A DNA stretch of 63,821 nucleotides, the filler included, from Kipferlia bialata (Eukaryota), in NCBI GenBank assembly GCA_003568945.1. It is 8 parts of 7 records of this genome, joined end to end, with 100 filler letters (N's around TTAATTAATTAA, not from the genome) between each part and the next. Parts side by side here need not be neighbours in the genome. Positions count along the whole stretch, not along the records: positions 1 to 4,623 come from BDIP01001504.1; positions 4,724 to 14,768 come from BDIP01001505.1; 6 more parts are not named here. One strand, 5' to 3'. The translations under genes were made by a program, and so were the position numbers. A model generated the notes under the pieces. That model was not told the DNA's origin. It did no database searches and saw nothing but the letters and a program-made list of their open reading frames with translations. Each line of letters starts with the position of its first letter. The first letter of the stretch is position 1. Of the stretch, positions 1 to 12,204 are shown piece by piece.

Positions 1-1203
1 CAGTGTTCTCTCCTCCTGTACCACTAGCATGGTGGTGGGGTTGAGCATGCATGCAGATATGACCTGGTAAGGGAAGGGCAGGGGCTCATAGAGAGTGGTA
101 TCCCCTGACACTCTGTCATACATGTATACACAGTGGGTCCCCTCGTCCTCTCCTTCTAGAGTGTGACCTATGACAGAGCCGAACAGACATGTGAATGGAC
201 CCACATTGACTGCAAAGTCCCAGTTCAGGCGACGTGGGATGGTTGGGTCGTCAATCATCACGCCAGGGGTCAGAGCAACGGTGCCACTGAGTGACACAGA
301 GATGGAATGTGGCCCATAGAACCTCGAGATTGAGTCTCCCATGTTGCTTGAAGCTCTCAACTTTGGAGAACATAATTCCTGTGCCAGTCTAGACTTCAGT
401 GCCACCACCCTCCAGGGGTCAGTGCTGTCTAGGTGCTGTAGGTCTAAACACCACATGTCTTGATAGACACGCCGATCTCCAGGGACATCAGCAGCGGACC
501 CCCTGTTGAACCCTCCTAATACCACAAGTGTCTCGTTTACTACCGCCGTGCTGTAGAGGAACCTTGGCTGAGGCCACTTGGCCCCCTCACTGTATACTAA
601 ATGCCTCTTTACTCCGCTGTCTGGGTAGAAGACACGAACTTCAAGGGGTGATGGTGTGTAGTCCCTAACCCCGTTTGGCAGTCTCTGTACCAATACTATG
701 GTGGTGACTAGGACTGTCGTGTTGGTGTCACTGACTAGTACAGGGTGTACAACTCTGTTCACTCCCCCCACTAGTGGCGCCATCAGTTGTACCACATCAG
801 TGACGGCTAGAGTGGCCGGGTCTACAGTGAACCTGGATGAGGTGTCAGAGGGGAGGGAATCCTCATCACACATCGCAACATTCACAAGAAAATCCACCAC
901 TAACCAACTGGTCCTTTACCAATAAACCACTAGTATTGTGCCCTGCATACTACAGAATTCCAATTTCAAGTCACTGTCCACACCAAGAGTCTTGATACAA
1001 GACTCCAAATTGCAAAGAGTAAACCTAGGAACCAATATATGACACACCATCCATGTATCGTAATAGTCATACCTGTCCACCTGTCCCAACGAGGAAGCTG
1101 CCAGGATGGTGTTATGGTAGTATGTCGCCACTGTCGGGTACTCCACTCTACCTCTGCCTAGGTTGATCTCTCTGCAGCTGAGGTACCACTTCTTAGGTGC
1201 CAT
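1..1203 (-). CDS. Divergent kelch/beta-propeller-like protein of an expanded family; 3' end off-window; one in-frame TAA at 916-918 (possible pseudogene)
   Basis: Manual translation of 915->1 is open: WPQPRFLYSTAVVNETLVVLGGFN...QDMWCLDL (kelch-like) and MLNPTTMLVV, a motif shared with the genes near 58000 and 58790. ORF 916-1203 is in the same frame, separated by a single stop. Confidence 0.55.
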
Positions 1204-1511
1204 GGGTACAATGGAATGTCAAGAGGGGTCACTCGTTAGGTATAGGACGTCAATCCCTAAGTCTGTGTTGTCGGTAGGTATGCAGTTACAATGTGGGTGG
1301 TGGGGAGAGACTGCTATGCATATGAAGACACACACAACCTATGTCTCCACAGTTACGGTATCATTCCATGTGAGGGTCTCAAGTGAGCTAATGTATACAG
1401 TGTATATGGTACACACCGTACACTAATACCAATGACAATACACATCATACACATGAAGGGGTCAGGAGCACACACATCCTTCAACTCTGCACCCAACCAC
1501 ACTTCACACCC

Positions 1512-4430
1512 TCAGTTGAACATTTCGGACAAACTGACCTTCTCGTCAGACTGTATGGCATACCCTCCAATGCTCTGTATCCATGCGTTGAGGCCAGGTC
1601 TCCCCTCCTCCTTCCACCATCTTGGGAACTCTGCCCTGAACGATGGCAGGTTGGCCTGGACGAGAGTGGCCGGGTTGAAGTAGGTGGGGGTGAACATGCT
1701 TGGGGTGAGGGTGGAGGAAGAGGAGAATAGGGTTCTTGAAGCCTCATGAACAATACTATGTGAGTCTGGGAGTGTGTAGGGTGTACATACCTCTCGTAAT
1801 CTCATATACAATTATATATGAGAATATCCATTAATGTATGTCTCATGTGTGTATATATAGTTGATATCACTGTACATACCTCTCGTATATGTTGCCGTGT
1901 CCCATCATGGCCTGGGTGTAGTTGATGGCCATGGCACCAGCCTCCCCATACAGGGTCATGTTGCGCTGGCCAAGAGCAATCTGGGGTGGGAGACACACTA
2001 TATACCATATGTTGCATTAGGACCAAGAGTCATATTGCGCTGGCCAAGGGCAATCTGGTATGAGACTACACAAAACAACAACAGCTTTTCTGCACCCCCA
2101 TGGTAGAGTGCGTTCATGGCAATGTGTGGAGAGTACATGTGTAGTATCCATACCGCCAGGACTGCAAAGTACCGCTGCAGCACTCCGTCGATGTCGTCTA
2201 TGTACAGCCTACGGCCAATGGACACAAGCTGGTGTTAGGCAAATGAGAGATGCAAGGGTCCTATTCATCATATATCTCTCCCCCTTTGCCAGCCACATAT
2301 TCTCTCTTTATACTGAGTCGACTCACCTCCTTGGCCCAATACTCTACCTCAGCACCGTATCTCTCACTCTTGAGGGCCTCGGACAGCTTGGTAAGGGTAT
2401 CCTGGGGGTTAGAGGGAACTGTGGGGTATTCATAGCAAAAAGCGAATACTAAGGAGACTCTTCCAGCTATTCCTGATACCTCATGAACCTGTATCAGGGC
2501 ATCAACAGACTCTGACTCCTATGGGTGAAAGTATACCTGTATGTGAAAGTATACCTGTGGAAGCCAGCTATTCCACACTCTGCTATCCTAGTTGAAGTGA
2601 GTATTCATGTCTCTAGTATACAATATGTACTCCTCACACCTCATCTGCGAGGCCGCACAATTGGCACATATATGTACCAGTGTCAGTCGTACCCAATATA
2701 TGTGACATACAATAGTATACCAATCACCTCATTCGACAGACTGCACAGGGACACATATTTGTAACGTATCAGTTGTCCCAATGTATAATGTGTGTATATG
2801 ATATATATATATAGTTGTATATCAATCACCCACCTCATCCGACAGAGTGCACAGCGGACACTGGCACTCAAAGGAGTACCCAGCCAGCTTCTCCTGATAT
2901 GAGTGGTAAAGAGGGTGTTATCCACTGTCGCCTACGTATTCTGGTATCCAGAACAATACCAGTACCAGTAGAAAAGTTATGAGGTGGCATCCGCTCTCAC
3001 ATTATTGTAGTAGAACCACACCTTTCTCTCGGCCCTACTGAGCCTGCGTGATATGTAGCTGGGGTTAGACTCCAACTAAGACAGCCAAATGCTACTCCTT
3101 GGAATAGTGTCAGCATACTGGCTCAATAACTAATAGTGTGCTCTTACAAATGTCTATATACCTGATTGTGAGTTCCTCCCCGGCATCGATGTCCCTGGTG
3201 GAGTGGAAGACCTGAAGGTAAGAACCAAGGGTAGTTTAACTACTGCATTTGGAGTGGAAAGAAGAAGGCGGGGGCGGAAAGGCAAAATGTAAAACAAGAT
3301 ACTTGCATACATTATTGGGGTGCGTACCATTTCCCCTGAGGACTCATCCCAGTACCTGCTGACATTGGGCACACAGCTGAGGTAAGGGCAGTATATATAG
3401 TTTTGCGCTCAACATGTCATAATATTGACCCCCAGACAGGATATATATAGGATAATAGAACAAAAATATCTGGCACACAGCTGATGTGAGTGGTGTATAT
3501 GGAGTATATATAGGAGTACAGTGAGTGTTGCACGGTGTATCTATATTATTATTACATTCCCGATGTCATTACATACACATGCATACATACACCAGTCCTG
3601 TGATTCAGCATGGATGCCTCCAGACAGGCATAGCAGAAACACTCCATGATTGTAATATAGTACTCAATGACATGAAAAATACAGTATAGAATATGATATT
3701 CAATATCATATACCTGTGGTTGAGCATGGATGCCTCTAGGCAGCAGCAGGACCCCAGGTTGTGCTCTCTCAGAGGGGCCTCACACCCAAACATCTGGGGG
3801 GTGAGAGACTGCACATTACTGACACACCACACTATTACAATAATACTGTGACTCTCAGTCTGAGAGTGTATGAAATAGTACATAAATAGTACATTATTAC
3901 ATACATTTGTTCGGCAGATCCCCCCGAATATCTTGGGCCCACCGCCTCTCTCTATCTGGGTGTGGTCGGACAGACTGAAGAAGGCATCCCTGGGTGTGAG
4001 GGGACACCAACTAATTCTATATTCTATATTGTATAGTATGACTGTACTTGAGGTGAGTTCCTGTGTTGAGGCCTGAATACCCTTGCATCATGACTGATTG
4101 TATAGTACTGATAAGTGCACCCGTACCACTTTCCCTTTGCCTTTACCTACACACATCACTCCTGTATGAGATCAGTCATAGTGTATACACTACCTGTACC
4201 ACTTTCCCTTTGCCCTGAGCTGCTGGTCGTATGAGTGCTGGATGGCCACAGAGGAGTAGCTACCACCCTCTGACATGTTGACAGGGGTGGGGTCGACAAG
4301 GAGGGGGAGCTCCCTGTATGTGAGACACTAGATATATAGATGCAATATATATACACTAAGCCTATGTATTTACACTGCCACCCTCTGACAGGGGTGTGGT
4401 TAACAGGGATAGGAGGGGGAGCTCCCTAGG
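1512..4430 (-). CDS. SET-domain (SMYD-like) lysine methyltransferase, multi-exon, 5' end uncertain or truncated
   Basis: Spliced exons read EASMLNHS|CVPNVSRYWDESSGEM|VFHSTRDIDAGEELTIS|YISRRLSRAERK|EKLAGYSFECQCPLCTLSDE, giving the NHSC, GEELTISY and post-SET CxCxxC motifs. GT-AG junctions; last exon ends in TGA at 1512-1514. Confidence 0.85.
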
Positions 4431-4623
4431 TGTGAGACATAATGGGAGGTTGAGTAGTTATTGACATAGAGAATAGAAGGTCGACAGGTGTCAGGGGAGT
4501 GAGGACAAATTGGCAATTATGAGTGACATGCGGAAATATTCGCTCTGGTCACCAGAGTGGTGACGAGTCCCCCGGGGAGGGGGGGGGGTCATACACATAT
4601 ATACGACACTCATGTATGAAACC

Positions 4624-4723
4624 NNNNNNNNNNNNNNNNNNNNNNNNNNNNNNNNNNNNNNNNNNNNTTAATTAATTAANNNNNNNNNNNNNNNNNNNNN
4701 NNNNNNNNNNNNNNNNNNNNNNN
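4624..4723. other. Artificial scaffold spacer (N-TTAATTAATTAA-N)
   Basis: 100-nt N block with an all-frame stop linker; the same spacer recurs 7 times. Confidence 0.97.
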
Positions 4724-4984
4724 ACCCTTGCTGCCACTACACAGTCATGGCTATCCCTCTTTTCTCTCCCCCCCCCCCCCTCTCCCGGTCCTTATCCACT
4801 ACTGAGGTATGTATGAACCCTGTCGTCTCTCTCATACACTGCGTTTTACTCTCTCTTCCAATATACCCCCTCTTCCCACCATCTGTCTCACCCAGGTTGT
4901 CTGGTGATACTAATATGCGATAAACCCCCACCCCCCCACCCGCACATATCTTCTTAACAGTCTACCACCCCCCTCTCACCCAGG

Positions 4985-7900
4985 TTGGATCCGTGCCCAG
5001 GACATTGACTTTGCCGAGGGAGAGATGGATGTCATCACCATCAATGGAGAGGGCACAAACCCCAACTGGTTGCTGGTATGTCTACTCTTACTCATCCCAT
5101 AGTCTAGTCCTAACCCCCCCCCCCCTCTTCCCCCCCTTCCTTACCCTCTGACATATATTCCTGTCTGACCGTCAGGGTGAGAATGACACGGAGTCTGTGA
5201 CGGACTTCACCATCCCCCCCTCCTCTCTCTACAACCAGAGCACGGCAGACATGAGGCTGGAGGCCACGGTGGGTACATGGTCCACCAATGTGAAGGTATA
5301 CATATACGTGTTTACACGAGTTGTACATACAAACCAAAACTTATAGTACATGTATGATACCACGGGATCACCTCTCAAATACCCTCCCTACATCATCACA
5401 CAATTACAGTGTGTATTGTGTACCTTGGTGTTCCCCATATTCCAACAGCCAGGAAGTCCATGTTGAGGTTATCGTTCTGAACCTGAGCTATGTGCCGTAT
5501 GACAATGCCATCTCGCTTGTCAGGTCCCCAGCAGAAGGGTATTGGAGGCCGGGTAGCGATGTGACCCTCACCAGTGTCGGACTCCTCCCCCCCTACATAC
5601 CTACTGCTGACATGCCTTGGCAGGAGGGTGGGGTGATGCTGTATGAGGTGTGTGTAAGTGTCTCTATATGGACTGACCCCTCTTTCCCAACGGTGATTCT
5701 CACCCCTAGGTCCCTGTATGGGTGGTGGAGAGAGAGTACGAGGGGCAGAAGGCGTGGGTCACCCCAGAGTTTGCAGGGAAACCTATCGGGTATGTCCTAC
5801 ACTGATATTGGATATTTACACTGATGCCCTGATCAAGCCTCATCATTATTGATACTGTTCTTTCCATGACACCAGGTGTAATTCCTCCCCACCGGCCCGC
5901 TCTCTCGTCCTATCCTCCGAGTGCTTTGCGGCTGGTGACATATTCAAGGGCACGGTGGCCTTGCGTAACCCTGCTGATGGGTACGTCTGTTCTATTGATG
6001 TTCTGTTGATGTTCTATTGATGTTCTATTGATATTCTGTTGATGTTCTATTGATAATCTGTTGATGTTCTATTGATGTTCTATTGATGTTCTATTAATGT
6101 TCTGTTGTTACATTGTGTTATGTTGCAGTGGGTGTTTGAGTGCGACAGAGTGGCTTGTATAACTAACACTCTCTCTCTGCTTCCTTACCTGCTAGGGTGA
6201 CTCTGGCATCAGCCGTCGACTACATATTCGAGACTGCTGAGGGAGGGGGGTCTTTGAACGGCCTCTCTACTGGTGCCTCCTGTGGCGTTCTTTACTCGCT
6301 GCACTTTCTGCAGCTGGACGGCACGGACTCACTCGTTGACGGCCCCACTACGTACGACTACTACCACTACACTGCGGCCATCGACTCCCCCGGGGACTGT
6401 GCCATACAGGGTGTGTTTACATGGGGCCTCACTGCTGGGGACGGGGATGTGGCGTTTGATGCCACGTTCTCTCTGCCTGACGGACTTGTCTTTAGTGACA
6501 TCTGTTCTGTCACAGACACTGCCGGTACCTCCTTCACAGTGACCTGTGACACGTCGGGTCTTTCTGTTGACACACGCTTCTTCAGGGTGGAGAGCAAGGT
6601 TAGGTACACTCAGGGTGCCCCGGAGTTCTCTGGAACCGATGTGCGTCACTCTGTTGTATTCTCTGCCCACGCTGCCTACGACCAGCCGAGTGTGTGGGAT
6701 AGTGTGTTGTTTGAGACTGCCACGCCAGTTGGACCTGCCTCGATGCTGGCATTGCCCCACTCCAAGGCCTGTGAGACAGCGAATGCTGTGTTCACCATTG
6801 GAGATGGGGAGGGCGGAGCTGTAGAGACTGACCTGTCACGATTCGTGTCCTCAGGGTGGGAGGGAGAGACTACTGCCTTGTCAGTGACGTTTGATAGCGG
6901 GACGTCTCAGTACAGTGTGAGCACGACTGCTGTCGGATGGTCTGGCACCCCAACCTACATGGTATGGACACTTCATTCCCATGTATTCGTCTCTTATATT
7001 CTTCACACTGTATCTCTGGTAGTTGGTTTCTTACCCCAGGTCTCTTTGCTCGATGAGAGTGTCTATTCAGAGGCTGTGGGTCTATCCTACTATGACCCTA
7101 GCTCTGTCTACACGGTCCCTGCCCATGTCTCCCCTGGTAGTGACATCACTGTAGGGGTTGCCCCATATGACCACTGTGGAGTGTTCATGGACGGCATGGC
7201 CCTTCCCATTGCATTGCGTACCAGTGCAGGTGCAGTGGTAGTAGGGTCTGCCACTGATATGACAGAGGGTGTTCTGACATATGCGGCCACGCTTGCCACT
7301 TCAGAAGAGGGTTTATTCACAGTGAGGGTAGAGGTAGACGCCGTGACTCTCGACCAGGAAGTGTATGTGAGTGATGTGGTCTCCCTGTCAGGGGCGGTAC
7401 CTTACTACCCCTCCAGCCCCCTGACCGCGTCGCACCTGTCTGTGTCGTCCCCTGTGTCGATAGGCACCTCCCGCACCCTCTCCNNNNNNNNNNNNNNNNN
7501 NNNNNNNNNNNNNNNNNNNNNNNNNNNNNNNNNNNNNNNNNNNNNNNNNNNNNNNNNNNNNNNNNNNNNNNNNNNNNNNNNNNCTCAGCCACAGTGACAC
7601 CCGCAGCGGAGGGGGTGTACGCAGCCCAGGTGGTGTATTCAGCCCACACATTGGAGATACCTGACATCTACGTTAGTGGTACTGTGACTGAAGTGGGAGG
7701 CACCACATTCTACCCATCGAGTTCATACTCTGCTTCTCACATTGCTGTGGATGGCATTGTGGACATCGGTAGTAGCAGTCCCCTCTCCTTCTCCCTCTGT
7801 GACGTGTCAGATGTCCCTATAGAGACAGAACTGGACGTGTCAATCGTGTGGCTTGGTGAGACCTACACGACCGCTGTCCATTGGGACTCAGGAACGTATT

Positions 7901-10900
7901 CCTACTCTCTCCCAGCACCTGTGGATATCAGTGGGGCCGGTCCCAACACCCTGGAGATCATCATCGATGGGGGGTCTCCTGCGTTTGTGACCATGGAGGT
8001 CGACGCCGCTGTGAGTGTTGACCCGGGATCTGGGGTGGTGTGGGTGTATGGAGGGTCGGACATCGTACCACTCTCCACAGACAATGCCATGGCGTGCAAC
8101 CCTGTCAGCTACGCTCTATCACTTCTCGACAGAGAGGGGACTGTCATTACTGACGATCTATCTCCCAGTGGTGACCTTACAGCTGTCTGGGATGACGGAG
8201 ACACACTGCTACCACGTGTCGATGTGTCATATGAGGGGCTGGGTATATACCAGTTACATAGCAGTGGACCAGGCCCAGCAGGGAGTCACGTGCTGACCAT
8301 GTATGTTGATGATGTCGAGGTCAAGTCCCTTGAGATCACTGTGGAGCAACAGTTCTCAGCTGCTGCTTCGTCCGTCACTGTTGGATCAGCCATTGGCTCT
8401 GGGTCTCTGTGGCACGAGATGCTTGTCGGGGACGATGTTATCATCACACTCACGGCACTTGACCTCTGTGGCACTTTATACCCTGGTCCGTACTCAGTGG
8501 ATATTGTCCAAGACGGTATTGTCGCAGACACTGTTGCAGTGCCCGCTGCTGGTTATGTGTCCTATACTGTGAGAGAGCAGGGCAAGTTCACTATCCGGGG
8601 AATCCTCGATGATGGTCACCAGGCCTTTACTGGCGATGCCTTTGTATATGCCACCCCCTTTAGCTACACGGACGAGTCTGCCACCCACTTCATCTCAGTC
8701 AGCGAGTCTGGTCTTGTGGGTAAACCCCCCATTGTGGCATTGGGAACCACCGCTCTGTTCTCAGTGATTCTCTACTCGGCGTCAGGGGCAATACTCTCCA
8801 GTCAGCTGCCGCTGCCTGTTAGCCTTGAGTGGGACACCGCAGAGGTCGATGCATCCAGTGTTAAGGGACGAGGGCCTCTAGAGCCTCTAGACAGTGGCAT
8901 CGGAGGGCTATTCTCCACCACCTGGGAGGCGACATCTGGGGTCTACTCCCTCAGTGTCCCCATCAGCAGTGATATTCGCTATGCGGGCACCCATAGCATG
9001 TCCCTGTACATTGGGGATCAGTTACTGGTGACTGACACACTGACATTCGGTCTCGAGGTAGAGACGAAGACCGGCGATACGGTGTGGCTCAAGGGGGTTC
9101 ACAGTGGCTCTGCTTCCTTCCTCTCCGAGACCTGCGGGACTACAGCCTCGACCTTCTCCCTACTGGACATGGATAGGGCTGTTGTGACCTCTGATCTGTC
9201 CGACGCTGTGTCTGTACTCTGGGATGGAGACCGGACCTCTCCTATCACGGCAGGCGACCTGTCATTTGGACCCGATGGTGTCTACACCGTCCAGACAGTC
9301 ACACCTTCGGCACCTGGGGACCACACCCTCAGTGTCCTTCTGTCCAGCCATCAGAGTGACATTTCAGTGGCGAGGCACAGGTACTCTGTGGCCCAACTGC
9401 TATCGGAGGTGAATACCTACATGGAGCTTCCAGCAGGCAGACACCGGACAGCAAGAACCCAGAAGACCATGCATTTAGTGGCAGGGGTCTTGGATAGGTG
9501 TGGTTTGCCCATTCCAGACCTCTCTGTGACGTACCGAGTGGACCATGGGGATAGCACAGACGTAGCTAGGGGTGGGGCTCTGACGAGTGACGGCATGTGC
9601 TATGGGTGTGATGTGGCCGTCCCTCGGGGCAAGTCCCTGGTGTCAGCTGTGGTCACCCAGTCATACCGTGGCACAGAGGTCTCCATCTCACACGAGGAGT
9701 CGGTCCAGATCCTATGCGTCCCAGTTCGTGGACTGGTCTTGCTTCTGATGGTTTGTGGTGTTTTGCTTCCGGCCTTCTTCTACCAGCGTTGGCGCAAGAC
9801 TGGCCTCGTTCCTTGGGCCTCGGCGGTGGTTGTGAAGCTGCAGACTGTAAAGGTCACCTCTGTGCTGCTCAATCGGCCCAATGCTCCCATTGGGCAAGCT
9901 GTACCCGGAGTGTGGGCCCGTCACACAGTGCCTGTCACAGTGAGGGGTGTCCCTCACTTCCTGATCCCCATCATTGTGTCTGACAAGGACCAGATGAACA
10001 AGTTCAAGGGGGAGGTGGAACGGTTGGGCACCCTCTCCAACATACCGGGTCTGGTACAGTGTACAGGGTACCTCGACGCTGGATTCCTCACTGAGTGCAG
10101 GGAGGCCAGTGAGTCTACCCCTGCCTCTAAGAGTCCAAGGGGCACCGATGGTCTCCCCACTATCAGTGAGAGAGACATCCCTCCTCTCTCTATTCTCAGT
10201 GGTAGAGACAAGGCTTCGAGTCCAAGAGACAGTACGTCGCTCTCACCTTTGGGTTCTAGCGATATCCCTCCCCTCTCTAGTCTAAGTGGTCCTGGGAAGA
10301 GGACCCGCACTGGTCTCAGTGCTAGAGATAACACGTCTAGTCTGAGCCCAAGAGCTGACCCTTCGCTATCCCCTCTCAGTGCAGGAGGCAGCCCATCCTT
10401 CTCTAGCCTCAGTGCAAGAGACCCCCGGACCCCTTCCAGTCTCAATAGCAGAGACACTCTAGACCCTTTCAGCCTCAGTGCAAGAGATAAGCTGGCCCCC
10501 TTTAGCCTCAGTGCTAGAGACCCCCCATCCCCTTCGAGTCTCAGTGCAAGGGACAGAGAGACTCCAACGGGCATGGGGGTCAAGACAAGTCGCAAGAGAG
10601 AGACCCTGGCTGATGCTGTCTTTAAGGCATGTGACTCTGTGTCACCCCCCTCGGAGAGTGAAGTGGCAGCATATCTCTTCCGTGTTCCCAGAAAGAGTTC
10701 TACTCTATCTGAGTACCTATCGACACCTCATTCTGCCGACGACCGTCTGTTTGTATGCTACCAACTGATTCGGACCATCCTCGAGTGCATGCGTCGCCGT
10801 ATAACCCTCTCCTCCTTCGATGACGGCGTCATCCACGTTGACTCTGTCACCTCAGTTGTCTATGTTGCCTCCCACACTCTGCACCTAGCAACTGGGGGTG

Positions 10901-11976
10901 ATTCCTCAGTGCTGAACCTCTCTGTCTCCTCATTCACCCTCGACAAGGCCAAGGAGGCAGCATCTGTGGCCCAGGGCACTCCGCGTAAGACCAAGGGGGT
11001 ATATGCACCGCGTGATTCCCTTGCTAGCCCAGACGCTACCCTGGGAACTTCCGACATTGATCCAACCTCTTCAGACATTGCATCCCTCCTGTCCCAGTTT
11101 GGTGCAGAGGGAGAGGCTCTCTCAGAGAGACTGCTGACAAGTGACAACCTTGCCTCCAGACGGGACCTCATCACTGGACTGGAGCGGTGTATGTCTGGTC
11201 TTCAGAGGCAGTGTGCGTGCTATCCCACAACGGCACACAGACTAGCGAGGGTACCGAAGCACACCCACACCGTGATGAGGGTGACCAAGGACTGGTCGGC
11301 GGTGAGGGGCCTGGGATTTGTCGGCCTCAAGCCGTCTCATGCGGACACACTGCGTGGGGCCTTTGCCAGGGTGTCTATTCTGGCCATCAACCCAGATACG
11401 CTGAAGGCCTACCTCTACCAGTCCCAGAGTACAGCCACTGTATATGGGCGCACTCTGCCGTCCCAGACATCAGACCTCCTCAAGCACATGAACCGTCGTC
11501 TGCAGTACACACAGACGCAAGAGGCAGAGGCGACCGGAGATGCTGAGCCTCCTTCCCCACACCATCGTATAGTTGCATACCTGGGATGCACCGGTGACGT
11601 CCACCCAGACCGTCTCCCTAAGACACATGGCCCCATGGGCAAGGGAATCTACCTCACAACCAGTGTCCCTGCCGCCATAACCGCCGCCAAGGCCGCTTCC
11701 GCTCTAGTACCCGGCAGCATCCCTGTTGTGCTATGTTGCGAGGTTGCTATCGGTAGATGCCACACCCTAGACCCAGAGTACCAGGGCCACACGGGGTACA
11801 GGCTACTCTCACACGGCAAGTCTCCGAACTACGAGACCCGCTGCACCATCCTCAAGACTGTCCAGGATCAGTCCTCCTTCCCAGACTCCACGGAGGACAT
11901 CCTCTATGCCAAGCAGAGCTTCATTCTGCCATACATGCGCCTGGAAGTTGACACCAGGCCCAATGATGTGGTGTGA
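4985..11976 (+). CDS. Large type-I membrane receptor-like protein: repeated beta-rich ectodomain, TM helix, degenerate kinase-like region with Ser/Pro/Arg insert, C-terminal PARP/ART-like domain; 5' truncated, spans a 100-N gap
   Basis: ORFs 6197-7483 and 7594-11976 share repeat motifs (D.CG, YPSS...ASH). In-frame 78-nt intron at 6962-7039. Hydrophobic GLVLLLMVCGVLLPAFFY followed by QRWRK. Kinase-like FKGEVERLGTLSNIPGLVQCTG and STLSEYL..DRLFVCYQLI. PARP-like GPMGKGIYLT, VLCCEVAIG, EDILYAKQSFILPY. Confidence 0.7.
5990..6108 (+). repeat. Intronic 11-bp minisatellite (GATGTTCTRTT)n, about 10 units
   Basis: Directly visible tandem array. Confidence 0.9.
10150..10560 (+). repeat. Coding tandem repeat encoding SLSARD/SPRD-like units
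   Basis: Repeated CTCAGTGCWAGAGA and the translation SLSARD. Confidence 0.8.
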
Positions 11977-12204
11977 GGTCCCTGCTTTTGGGACCCACAC
12001 ATTGGTATTTGGCAGTATTACTGAGTTGGATCACTTCCAATTTACCATTCATTCACTATATATAGTACCATACATGACAATTCTCGTCATTGCATCAGTC
12101 CCGTTTATCTGATCACATACGCAATTCCAAGAATATAAAGACCTATTTCCGCTGAGGGAACATTAACGTTAGTTGTAGAATATATATGCACAAAGTCGCA
12201 AGTA

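Noticed and set aside
916..918. Alternative genetic code (TAA/TAG = Gln)
   Set aside because: Conserved genes here terminate normally at TAA or TAG (ALT, RLP24, IPK) and their frames lack internal TAR codons.
4624..4723. Recurrent TTAATTAATTAA flanked by Ns (7 copies)
   Set aside because: Artificial concatenation linker. It is not biological, and gene neighbourhoods across it carry no meaning.
7484..7600. Frame change between ORFs 6197 and 7594
   Set aside because: Falls in a 100-N gap of unknown true length; not evidence of frameshifting.
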